32,811 nt of DNA from Chloroflexota bacterium (lineage in GTDB: Bacteria; Chloroflexota; Limnocylindria; Limnocylindrales; CSP1-4): the NCBI GenBank assembly GCA_005880805.1, contig VBFZ01000124.1, forward strand, positions 12,155 to 44,965, written 5' to 3'. The translations under genes were made by a program, and so were the position numbers. Under the pieces are notes generated by a model. It did no database searches. It saw only the letters and a list, made by a program, of their open reading frames with translations, and was not told the DNA's origin. Below, piece after piece: positions 25,917 to 32,811 of this stretch; the first letter of the stretch is position 1, and each line of letters starts with the position of its first letter.

Positions 25917-26459
25917 TCATGAGGCGAAGGGCATGCCGAGGAGCTCGAGCAGGCGCTTCGACTCCTCGTCGGACTTCGCCGTCGTCACGATGCTGATCTC
26001 CAGCCCGCGGAGGCGGTCCACTTTGTCGTAGTCGATCTCCGGGAACGCGAGCTGCTCCCGCAGACCGAGTGAGAAGTTGCCGCGACCGTCAAACGACTTC
26101 GACGGAACGCCGCGGAAGTCGCGGATGCGTGGGAGTGCCAGCGTCATCAGCCGCTCGAGGAAATCCCACATCCGCTCGCCGCGCAGGGTGACCTTCGCGC
26201 CGATCGGATTGCCGGTCCGCAGCCGGAACTGCGAGATGGAGCGCCGGGCACGGGTGATGATCGGCCGCTGGCCGGTGATCATCGCCAGATCGCCGACGGC
26301 GGCATCGATCGCCTTGGCGTTAGTCAGCGCCTCGCCGAGGCCGATGTTGATGACGACCTTGCTGACCCGCGGGACTTCCATCGCGTTGCCGTAGGCGAAT
26401 TGCTTGGTGAGCGCGGCCACGACCTCCTGGCCGTACCGCTCGCGCAGGCGGCCGCTCAT
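25917..26459 (-). CDS. rplE: 50S ribosomal protein L5
   Basis: [38 protein letters not shown]; ATG 26459 overlaps the rplX stop. Confidence 0.98.
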   Translation of the reverse strand: MSGRLRERYGQEVVAALTKQFAYGNAMEVPRVSKVVINIGLGEALTNAKAIDAAVGDLAMITGQRPIITRARRSISQFRLRTGNPIGAKVTLRGERMWDFLERLMTLALPRIRDFRGVPSKSFDGRGNFSLGLREQLAFPEIDYDKVDRLRGLEISIVTTAKSDEESKRLLELLGMPFAS

Positions 26460-26899
26460 GCCTTCTTCGCCTCCAGCTGGTGCCCGTTCCGGCACACGCG
26501 GACGCGGTCGCCGTTGGGCAACCGGACGTGTCCGATCCGCGTCGGCTCCGAGCACTCCGGGCAGACCAGCATCACCTTGCTCGTCGCGATCGGCTGGGCG
26601 ATGTCGATGATGCCGCCCAGCTGCGACGCGGGAACGCGCCCCGTCGTCGTCTGGTCCGGGCGCGGCGGGCGGCCTTTCTGGTGGCGCTTGGCGATGTTGA
26701 GGCCGGTCACCACGACGGCGCTCTCGGCGAAGGGCGTCGTGACCTTCCAGGTCTTTCGCGAGCCCATCAACCGGCCGCGCGGCTCGCGCAGCACGCGCTC
26801 GACGACGCCTCGCTTGCCTGCGTCCTTGCCGGCCAGCAGCACGACAGTGTCGCCCGAGCGGATCTCCGGCACCTTGGTGACTCTCGACGCGCGCGGCAT
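26456..26899 (-). CDS. rplX: 50S ribosomal protein L24 with internal insertions
   Basis: [35 protein letters not shown]; SD GGAGGT; position between rplN and rplE. Confidence 0.95.
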   Translation of the reverse strand: MPRASRVTKVPEIRSGDTVVLLAGKDAGKRGVVERVLREPRGRLMGSRKTWKVTTPFAESAVVVTGLNIAKRHQKGRPPRPDQTTTGRVPASQLGGIIDIAQPIATSKVMLVCPECSEPTRIGHVRLPNGDRVRVCRNGHQLEAKKA

Positions 26900-27267
26900 C
26901 ACAACACCTCCGGCGCGAGCGAAACGATCTTCATGTAGTTGCGGTCCCTGAGCTCGCGCGCCACGGGACCGAAGATTCGCGTCCCGCGCGGGTTGCCCTG
27001 GTTGTTGATGAGCACTGCCGCGTTCTCATCGAAGCGGATGTAGCTGCCGTCCGAGCGGCCGTACTCCTTCGCCGTTCGGACGACGACGGCACGCACGACG
27101 TCGCCCTTCTTGACCGCGGCGTTGGGAATGGCCTGCTTGACGCTGGCGACGATCACGTCACCGACGCCGGCCGACGTCTTCTGCGAGCGGCCCATGACCC
27201 GGATGCACTGGATCGTGCGGGCGCCCGTGTTGTCGGCGACCTTGAGACGGCTGTACGGCTGGATCAT
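26899..27267 (-). CDS. rplN: 50S ribosomal protein L14
   Basis: [29 protein letters not shown]. Confidence 0.98.
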   Translation of the reverse strand: MIQPYSRLKVADNTGARTIQCIRVMGRSQKTSAGVGDVIVASVKQAIPNAAVKKGDVVRAVVVRTAKEYGRSDGSYIRFDENAAVLINNQGNPRGTRIFGPVARELRDRNYMKIVSLAPEVL

Positions 27268-27785
27268 CGGCTCGCCTCGGCCGCCTCCGACTCGCCGCCA
27301 GGCTCAGACACCCCGCCAGGCTCCGCTTCACTTGCTGCCCCGCCGGCCGACGCGTCGGCAGCCGACTCGCCCGCCGCGCCCGATTCCCCAGCTCCGGTCT
27401 CCGCGGCTGCCTCCGTTTCGGCCTGCTGGTGCCGACCGGGATGGGCGGACGCGTGGATCGCCTCGGACGTCGCGGCTTCCTCGGCGACGATCGTCTCGCC
27501 GGCCTGCGCGCCGGCGCGCGCGACCACCTCGACCAGGCGCCACCGCTTGGTTGCCGACAGCGGACGGGACTCCTCGATGAGGACCGTGTCGCCGACGTGT
27601 GCGTCGTTGGCCTCGTCGTGGGCCTTGAACTTGGTCGTGAGACGGATGACGCGCTTGTACAACGGGTGGCGGGCCAGCCGCTGGACGGACACGACGATCG
27701 TCTTGTCCATCCGGTCGCTGACCACGTGGCCGACCTTCGTCTTGCGCTTGCCGTTTACCCGGCTGATGGGTGGTGCTCCTGTCAT
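27264..27785 (-). CDS. rpsQ: 30S ribosomal protein S17 with an ~80-aa Ala/Glu/Gly-rich tail
   Basis: [35 protein letters not shown]. Confidence 0.96.
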   Translation of the reverse strand: MTGAPPISRVNGKRKTKVGHVVSDRMDKTIVVSVQRLARHPLYKRVIRLTTKFKAHDEANDAHVGDTVLIEESRPLSATKRWRLVEVVARAGAQAGETIVAEEAATSEAIHASAHPGRHQQAETEAAAETGAGESGAAGESAADASAGGAASEAEPGGVSEPGGESEAAEASR

Positions 27786-27798
27786 CTGGTCCTCGCGC

Positions 27799-28005
27799 TC
27801 AGGCCGTCCTGGCCCGTTCGGTGCGCCGCTCGAGCTGGACGGTCAGGATCCTGGCGATCGTCCGGCGGGCGGCGGGAATCTGGCTGTAGTCCTTGAGCTG
27901 CCGGGTCGACAGCGCGAAGCGCGCGCCCCACAGCTCCTGCTTCGCCTCGCGGAGGGCTTCCTCCAGCTCGGCGTCCGACATCGCGCGGACCTTATCGATG
28001 TCCAT
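27799..28005 (-). CDS. rpmC: 50S ribosomal protein L29
   Basis: Size and position; [14 protein letters not shown]. Confidence 0.95.
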   Translation of the reverse strand: MDIDKVRAMSDAELEEALREAKQELWGARFALSTRQLKDYSQIPAARRTIARILTVQLERRTERARTA

Positions 28006-28432
28006 CTGACGTCGCCTCCCTCACGCCTTCCCGGGTGACGACCCGTGTCGAGACCGGCAGCTTGTGGCCGGCCAGGCGCATGGCCTCGACAGCCTCGTCG
28101 TGGGCGATGCCGGCCATCTCGAACAGGATCCTGCCGGGCTTGACGACGGCAACCCAGTGGTCGGGCGCGCCCTTGCCGGAACCCATGCGGGTCTCGGCAG
28201 GCTTCTTGGTCGCGGGCTTGTCGGGGAAGATCCGGATCCAGATCTTGCCGCCGCGTTTCACCGAGCGCGTCATCGCCCGGCGAGCGGCCTCGATCTGCCG
28301 GCTCGTGATCCACGCCGGCTCGAGCGTGGCGAGCCCGTAGTCGCCGAAGGCCACGTCGTGGCCGCCCTTGGCGAGCCCGGACATTCGACCGCGCATGACC
28401 TTGCGGTGCTTGACGCGTCGAGGCATCAGCAT
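27992..28432 (-). CDS. rplP: 50S ribosomal protein L16
   Basis: MLMP..VKHRK, QIEAAR, RIFPDKP, RMGSGKG. Confidence 0.98.
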   Translation of the reverse strand: MLMPRRVKHRKVMRGRMSGLAKGGHDVAFGDYGLATLEPAWITSRQIEAARRAMTRSVKRGGKIWIRIFPDKPATKKPAETRMGSGKGAPDHWVAVVKPGRILFEMAGIAHDEAVEAMRLAGHKLPVSTRVVTREGVREATSDGHR

Positions 28433-28435
28433 GGC

Positions 28436-29119
28436 TCAGGCCGCTCCTGCAGCGGCCGCAGAACCGGTCGCTGCGAGTTCGCGCGGCGCGCGCTCGGGCG
28501 CGATGTCGCCGCGGTAGATCCAGACCTTGACGCCGATCCGGCCGTACGTCGTGTGCGCGTGGACCTGCCCGTAGCTGATGTCCGCGCGCAGCGTGCCGAG
28601 GGGAATCCGCCCTTCGCGATCCCACTCGCGGCGGCCCATCTCCGAGCCACCGAGTCGGCCGGCGACTGCGATCTTCACGCCCTTGGCCCCGGCCTTCATC
28701 GTCCGCTGAATGGCCTGCTTCATGGCCTTCTTGAAGGCAATCCGGCGACTCAGCTGCTGGGCGATGTTGGTCGCAACCAGGTAGGCGTCGAGCTCGGGCT
28801 GGCGGATCTCCTTGATCTCGAGCTTGACCTTGCTCTTCGAGAGGGCGCCGATCTGCTGGCGGAGCACCTCGACGTTCGCACCGCCCTTGCCGATCACGAT
28901 GCCCGGCTTGGCCGTATGGATCGTGACGGTCACGTGGTTGATACCCCGCTCGATCTCGACCATGCTCACGCTCGCGTTCGCGAGGCGACGCGCGACGAGC
29001 TGGCGGATGGCGATGTCCTCCTGCAGCAGCTCGGTGTATTCCTTGTCGCGGTACCACTTCGCGGTCCAGGTGCGTGAAACGCCCAGCCGGAAGCCGTACG
29101 GATGAACCTTGTGTCCCAT
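28436..29119 (-). CDS. rpsC: 30S ribosomal protein S3
   Basis: MGHKVHPYGFRLG, PGIVIGKGG, GRLGG, TLRADI, GVKVWI. Confidence 0.98.
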   Translation of the reverse strand: MGHKVHPYGFRLGVSRTWTAKWYRDKEYTELLQEDIAIRQLVARRLANASVSMVEIERGINHVTVTIHTAKPGIVIGKGGANVEVLRQQIGALSKSKVKLEIKEIRQPELDAYLVATNIAQQLSRRIAFKKAMKQAIQRTMKAGAKGVKIAVAGRLGGSEMGRREWDREGRIPLGTLRADISYGQVHAHTTYGRIGVKVWIYRGDIAPERAPRELAATGSAAAAGAA

Positions 29120-29120
29120 G

Positions 29121-29459
29121 TCAGGCCTCCCGGTCCTCGACGACGACCGTGATGTGGGTCATCGGCTTGTGGATCGGAAATGCCCGACCCTGGGCCCGCG
29201 GCTGATAGCGCTTCATCGTCGGGCCCTCGTTCGCGTGGGCCTCGGCGACGAAGAGATCTTCGGCCGACAGGTTGTGATTGTTCTCGGCATTGGCGGTTGC
29301 GCTCTTGAGCACCGCGGCGACGTCCCGCGCGGCGTGCTGGGGCATGAAGCGCAGCAGGGCAACTGCTTCCTCGACCGGCTTGCCCACGATGACACGGGTG
29401 ACAAGGTGGGCCTTGCGGGTCGAGCCGCGGATGTACTTGGCAGTGGCGGATACGCGCAC
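29121..29459 (-). CDS. rplV: 50S ribosomal protein L22
   Basis: SATANAENN, GPTMKR..PRAQGRA, HITVVV. Confidence 0.97.
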   Translation of the reverse strand: MRVSATAKYIRGSTRKAHLVTRVIVGKPVEEAVALLRFMPQHAARDVAAVLKSATANAENNHNLSAEDLFVAEAHANEGPTMKRYQPRAQGRAFPIHKPMTHITVVVEDREA

Positions 29460-29476
29460 GAGTCTGGCTGCTCCTG

Positions 29477-29761
29477 TTACTTGAGTGCGGTCGAGCGCTC
29501 GGTGTGCTTGCCGTGCCCGCGGAACGTGCGGGTCGGCGCGAACTCGCCGAGGCGGTGCCCGACCATGTTTTCGGAGATGTAGACCGGGATGTGCTTCTTG
29601 CCGTTGTAGACGGCGATCGTGTGGCCTATGAAGTCGGGGAATATCACCGACGCGCGAGACCAGATCTTGACGACCTTCTTCTCGCTGCGCTTGTTCATCT
29701 CCTCGACGCGACCCTTGAGCCGCTCCTCGACGAACCAGCCTTTCTTTACCGATCGGGACAT
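29477..29761 (-). CDS. rpsS: 30S ribosomal protein S19
   Basis: [30 protein letters not shown]. Confidence 0.98.
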   Translation of the reverse strand: MSRSVKKGWFVEERLKGRVEEMNKRSEKKVVKIWSRASVIFPDFIGHTIAVYNGKKHIPVYISENMVGHRLGEFAPTRTFRGHGKHTERSTALK

Positions 29762-29779
29762 GCCGCTACACCTTCCCCA

Positions 29780-30607
29780 CTACTTGCGATGTCGGGAGCG
29801 GACGATCAGCCGCCCGGTCGTCTTGGCTCGCCGCGTCCGGTAGCCCATGGCAGGCTTGCCCCACGGCGTCTTGGGTGGCATGCCGGCAGGCGACTTGCCT
29901 TCGCCGCCGCCATGTGGATGGTCGCGCGGGGTCATCGCCACGCCGCGGACCTCGGGCCGCTGGCCCATGTGTCGAGCCCGGCCGGCCTTGCCGAGGTTCT
30001 GGTTCTCGTGATCGAGGTTGCTGACCTGGCCGACCGTGGCCATGCACTTGACGGACACGCGACGGACCTCGCCCGACGGCATGCGGATCTGCGCGAAGTC
30101 GCCCTCCTTGGCCAGCAGCTGAGCGGCAGATCCGGCCGACCGGACGATCTGGCCGCCGCGCCCCGGGACGAGCTCGATGTTGTGGATCGTGGTGCCGAGC
30201 GGGATGTTGGCGATTGGCAGCGCATTGCCGACTCGAGCCTCCGCACCCGGGCCCGCCACGACCACGTCGCCGACGCGCAGTCCGTGCGGCAGCAGCATGT
30301 AGCGCTTCTCGCCGTCGCGGTAATGCAGCAGTCCGATCCGCGCCGACCGGTTGGGGTCGTACTCGATCGTGGCCAGCCGCGCGGGCACGCCATGCTTGTC
30401 GCGTCGGAAGTCGATCCGTCGGTAGTGCTGCTTCTCGCCGCCGCCGCGGTGGCGCACGGTGAGTCGGCCGGCATTGTTCCGGCCGGCGCCGCGCTTCTGC
30501 GGCTCGAGCAGTGGCTTGTAGGCCTCGCGGGTGGTGATCTCCTCGAAGGTCGGGCGCGTCATCCCCCGAAGGCCGGGCGAGGTTGGCTTGTAGCCGCGCA
30601 GGGGCAT
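29780..30607 (-). CDS. rplB: 50S ribosomal protein L2
   Basis: [38 protein letters not shown]. Confidence 0.98.
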   Translation of the reverse strand: MPLRGYKPTSPGLRGMTRPTFEEITTREAYKPLLEPQKRGAGRNNAGRLTVRHRGGGEKQHYRRIDFRRDKHGVPARLATIEYDPNRSARIGLLHYRDGEKRYMLLPHGLRVGDVVVAGPGAEARVGNALPIANIPLGTTIHNIELVPGRGGQIVRSAGSAAQLLAKEGDFAQIRMPSGEVRRVSVKCMATVGQVSNLDHENQNLGKAGRARHMGQRPEVRGVAMTPRDHPHGGGEGKSPAGMPPKTPWGKPAMGYRTRRAKTTGRLIVRSRHRK

Positions 30608-30609
30608 GC

Positions 30610-30933
30610 TCAGACTCCCTCGAAGAACTCGATCTTCTGGCCCGCGGCCAGGGTGACAATGGCCTTGCGCCAGGGGGTCGTGTAGCCCGTGATCCGGCCG
30701 CGCCGGGTTCCTCGTCGCTTCTCCTTGCGCTTGGTGGTCAGCACGTTCACCCCCACGACGGTGACGGCCTCCTTCTTGTAGAGCTCCTCCACGGCCGCCT
30801 TGATCTGGATCTTGTTCGCGTCCGGGTGCACCTGGAACGTGTAGCGGTGCGCCGGCTCGCGGCCGGCCAGGTCAATCGACTTCTCGGTGATGACCGGGCG
30901 GATGATCACTTCCTGTGCGGTCAGCACGCTCAT
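30610..30933 (-). CDS. rplW: 50S ribosomal protein L23
   Basis: [24 protein letters not shown]. Confidence 0.97.
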   Translation of the reverse strand: MSVLTAQEVIIRPVITEKSIDLAGREPAHRYTFQVHPDANKIQIKAAVEELYKKEAVTVVGVNVLTTKRKEKRRGTRRGRITGYTTPWRKAIVTLAAGQKIEFFEGV

Positions 30934-31553
30934 GCGTACACCTCCGCCATGCGCTCGAGAGCGGGTTGTTCGATGAGCACCACGTCGGCATTGAGCAGGT
31001 CGACGACGTTGAGCGAATCGGCCAGGATGACGTCGACGTCGGGCAGGTTGCGGGCCGAAAGCACGAGCTTCTCGTCGCGTCCGGGAGCCACCACCAGCAC
31101 CCGACCGTCGGCCTTGAGCGCGGCCAGGATGGCGAGCAGCTCGCGCGTCCGGATCTCTTCCAGGCCGAACCGGTCGACGACGCGAATCGCGTCGTCCGCC
31201 AGCTTCGCGGTCAGCGCGCCACGGAGGGCGAGCCGCTTCATCTTCCGCGGCAGTCGCTGCTCGTAGGAGCGCGGATGCGGACCGAAGACGACGCCGCCAC
31301 CGGCGTAATGAGGCGCATTGGTCGAGCCCTGCCGGGCGCGGCCGGTGCCCTTCTGGCGATAGGGCTTGTGACCGCCGCCACGAACCTCGCCACGGGTTTT
31401 CGTGTCGTGCGTCCCGAGGCGGCGCGCAGCCAGCTGGGCAACCGCGGCCTGGTGCAGGATGGCCTCGTTGACCGGCGCCGCGAACAGCTCCTCCGCCAGG
31501 GTCACGTTGCCCACGGCCGCGCCCGTCCGATCGTAAAGGGTGGTTTCGGGCAT
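30930..31553 (-). CDS. rplD: 50S ribosomal protein L4
   Basis: TKTRGEVRGGG.KP.RQKGTGRARQGS, GGGVVFGP, SARNL. Confidence 0.98.
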   Translation of the reverse strand: MPETTLYDRTGAAVGNVTLAEELFAAPVNEAILHQAAVAQLAARRLGTHDTKTRGEVRGGGHKPYRQKGTGRARQGSTNAPHYAGGGVVFGPHPRSYEQRLPRKMKRLALRGALTAKLADDAIRVVDRFGLEEIRTRELLAILAALKADGRVLVVAPGRDEKLVLSARNLPDVDVILADSLNVVDLLNADVVLIEQPALERMAEVYA

Positions 31554-31555
31554 CG

Positions 31556-32164
31556 TCAGGCCTTCTTCAGCAGGATGAGGGCGTTGCGGGCACCGGGCAG
31601 CGTGCCCTTGACGAGCACGAGGTTCCGCTCCGGATCCGTGCGGACGATGCGCAGCTTGCGGCTGGTCGCGCCGCGGTCGCCCATGTGGCCCGCCATGCGC
31701 ATGCCCTTGTAGACGCGTCCCGGCGTGGTGCCGGGTCCGATCGAGCCCGGCTCGCGATGGTGGTCCGAACCGTGGGTCTTCGGCCCGCGCTTGAAGTGGT
31801 GGCGCTTGATGTGGCCGGCGAAGCCCTTGCCCTTCGAAACCCCCGTGACGTCCACGAGGTCACCCTCCGCGAACAGGCTCACGTCGAGGGTCTGCCCGAC
31901 CTCGTACTCGTCCACGCTGTCGACGCGGAACTCGCGCAGGGTCGACACCTTGGGCAGGTCGCCCAGCTGGCCGGCGCGGGGCTTGGACAGGCGCGCGCTG
32001 GGCTCGATGCCGAGCTGCACCGCGGTGTACCCATCGCGCTGCGCCGTGCGCAGCCGCGTGACCGTATTCGGTTCCACGGCAACCACGCTGACGGGCACCA
32101 TCGTGCCGTCAGACTGGAACACCGACGTCATCCCGAGCTTCCGCCCGATGAGGCCGATCGCCAT
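31556..32164 (-). CDS. rplC: 50S ribosomal protein L3
   Basis: GRKLGMT, DGYTAVQ, SKGKGFAG, THGS..HR.PGSIG, MAGHMG. Confidence 0.98.
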   Translation of the reverse strand: MAIGLIGRKLGMTSVFQSDGTMVPVSVVAVEPNTVTRLRTAQRDGYTAVQLGIEPSARLSKPRAGQLGDLPKVSTLREFRVDSVDEYEVGQTLDVSLFAEGDLVDVTGVSKGKGFAGHIKRHHFKRGPKTHGSDHHREPGSIGPGTTPGRVYKGMRMAGHMGDRGATSRKLRIVRTDPERNLVLVKGTLPGARNALILLKKA

Positions 32165-32191
32165 CAGCCTCTCCCCCGCACCGCGCGAGCG

Positions 32192-32335
32192 GGCGCGCTC
32201 AGCGCAAGGCGCACGCGGGCACCCCCAAACCTCGGGCGGATGGCGTCGGCGGCGCTCCGCCTCCGACCTCGGTGAGCGAGTAGCGGCTCGGCGATGAGCT
32301 TGCCGACGCCGGAGCGGGGTCGAATCAGCGTGCGC
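32192..32335 (+). repeat. Structured intergenic repeat, copy B, in the 175-nt rpsJ-rplC spacer
   Basis: 32227-32287 matches the reverse complement of 14746-14805 (48/61); 32192-32212 matches 16470-16490 (19/21); stems gcgcacgc 32209-32216 / gcgtgcgc 32328-32335 and ggcgtcggc 32242-32250 / gccgacgcc 32302-32310. Confidence 0.65.
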
Positions 32336-32339
32336 GTCA

Positions 32340-32648
32340 TCACATCTTGATTTCGATGTCGACGCCGGCGGCCAGCGACAGCCGCATCAGGGCATCGACC
32401 GTCTTGGAGCTCGGATCCAGGATGTCGACGAGCCGCTTGTGGGTGCGGATCTCGAACTGCTCCCGGCTGTCCTTGTCGATGAACGGCGAGCGAAGGACGG
32501 TGAACTTCTCGATGCGCGTCGGCAGCGGCACGGGACCGACGACGTCGGCGCCGGTCCGCTGGGCCGTCTCCACGATCTGGGCCGCCGACTGATCGAGCAG
32601 TCGGTGGTCGTAGGCCTTGAGGCGGATCCTGATCCGCTGCTTTGGCAT
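32340..32648 (-). CDS. rpsJ: 30S ribosomal protein S10
   Basis: ATG 32648: [33 protein letters not shown] (102 aa). Confidence 0.98.
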   Translation of the reverse strand: MPKQRIRIRLKAYDHRLLDQSAAQIVETAQRTGADVVGPVPLPTRIEKFTVLRSPFIDKDSREQFEIRTHKRLVDILDPSSKTVDALMRLSLAAGVDIEIKM

Positions 32649-32652
32649 CGGC

Positions 32653-32811
32653 TTACTCGGTGATGCTGGTGATGGCGCCGGCACCGACGGTCCGGCCGCC
32701 CTCCCGGATGGCGAAGCGCTGGCCGGTTTCGAGGGCGATCGGGGTGATGAGCTCGACGGTCATCTCGACGTTGTCGCCGGGCATGATCATCTCGGCGCCG
32801 GCGGGCAGGCC
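32653..32811 (-). CDS. tuf: Elongation factor Tu, C-terminal 52 aa (5' part outside the window)
   Basis: Translated by hand: [52 protein letters not shown]. Confidence 0.96.
   Translation of the reverse strand, partial: GLPAGAEMIMPGDNVEMTVELITPIALETGQRFAIREGGRTVGAGAITSITE

Noticed and set aside
15639-32684. Extended N-termini given by the ORF track for rplM, truA, rpmJ, infA, rpmD, rplR, rplE and rpsJ
   Set aside because: Downstream starts give canonical lengths, with SD sites or stop-start overlaps in most cases; the extensions overlap neighbouring genes or spacers.

Overview
High-GC (~70%) bacterial core-genome window with every credible gene on the minus strand. Protein style and gene order suggest Chloroflexota, possibly Limnocylindria/Ellin6529-like; this is inference, not checked. 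Reading in the direction of transcription (right to left): the 3' end of tuf; the complete S10-spc-alpha ribosomal cluster (rpsJ to rplQ, including secY, adk, map, infA and rpoA); truA-rplM-rpsI; a TPR-like gene; a c-di-AMP/cell-wall block (cdaA-cdaR-glmM-glmS); acpS-nnrD-alr; a poorly understood four-gene block (macrodomain protein, 96-aa hypothetical, GlmL/MutL-like actin-fold protein, barrel-sandwich/KOW-like hypothetical); then tsaE-tsaB-rimI (rimI runs off the left edge). Main points of interest: (1) the orphan GlmL-like gene pair with its own leaderless promoter and no B12 mutase in the window; (2) glmS broken by a frameshifting deletion of about 20 codons at 9118-9119; (3) structured intergenic repeats, including an ERIC-like 120-bp palindrome and a ~60-nt repeat with compensatory stem changes present twice in opposite orientations; (4) several TANNNT-N6/7-start leaderless promoters; (5) long disordered tails on L15 and S17. 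No rRNA, tRNA, CRISPR array or transposase was seen.
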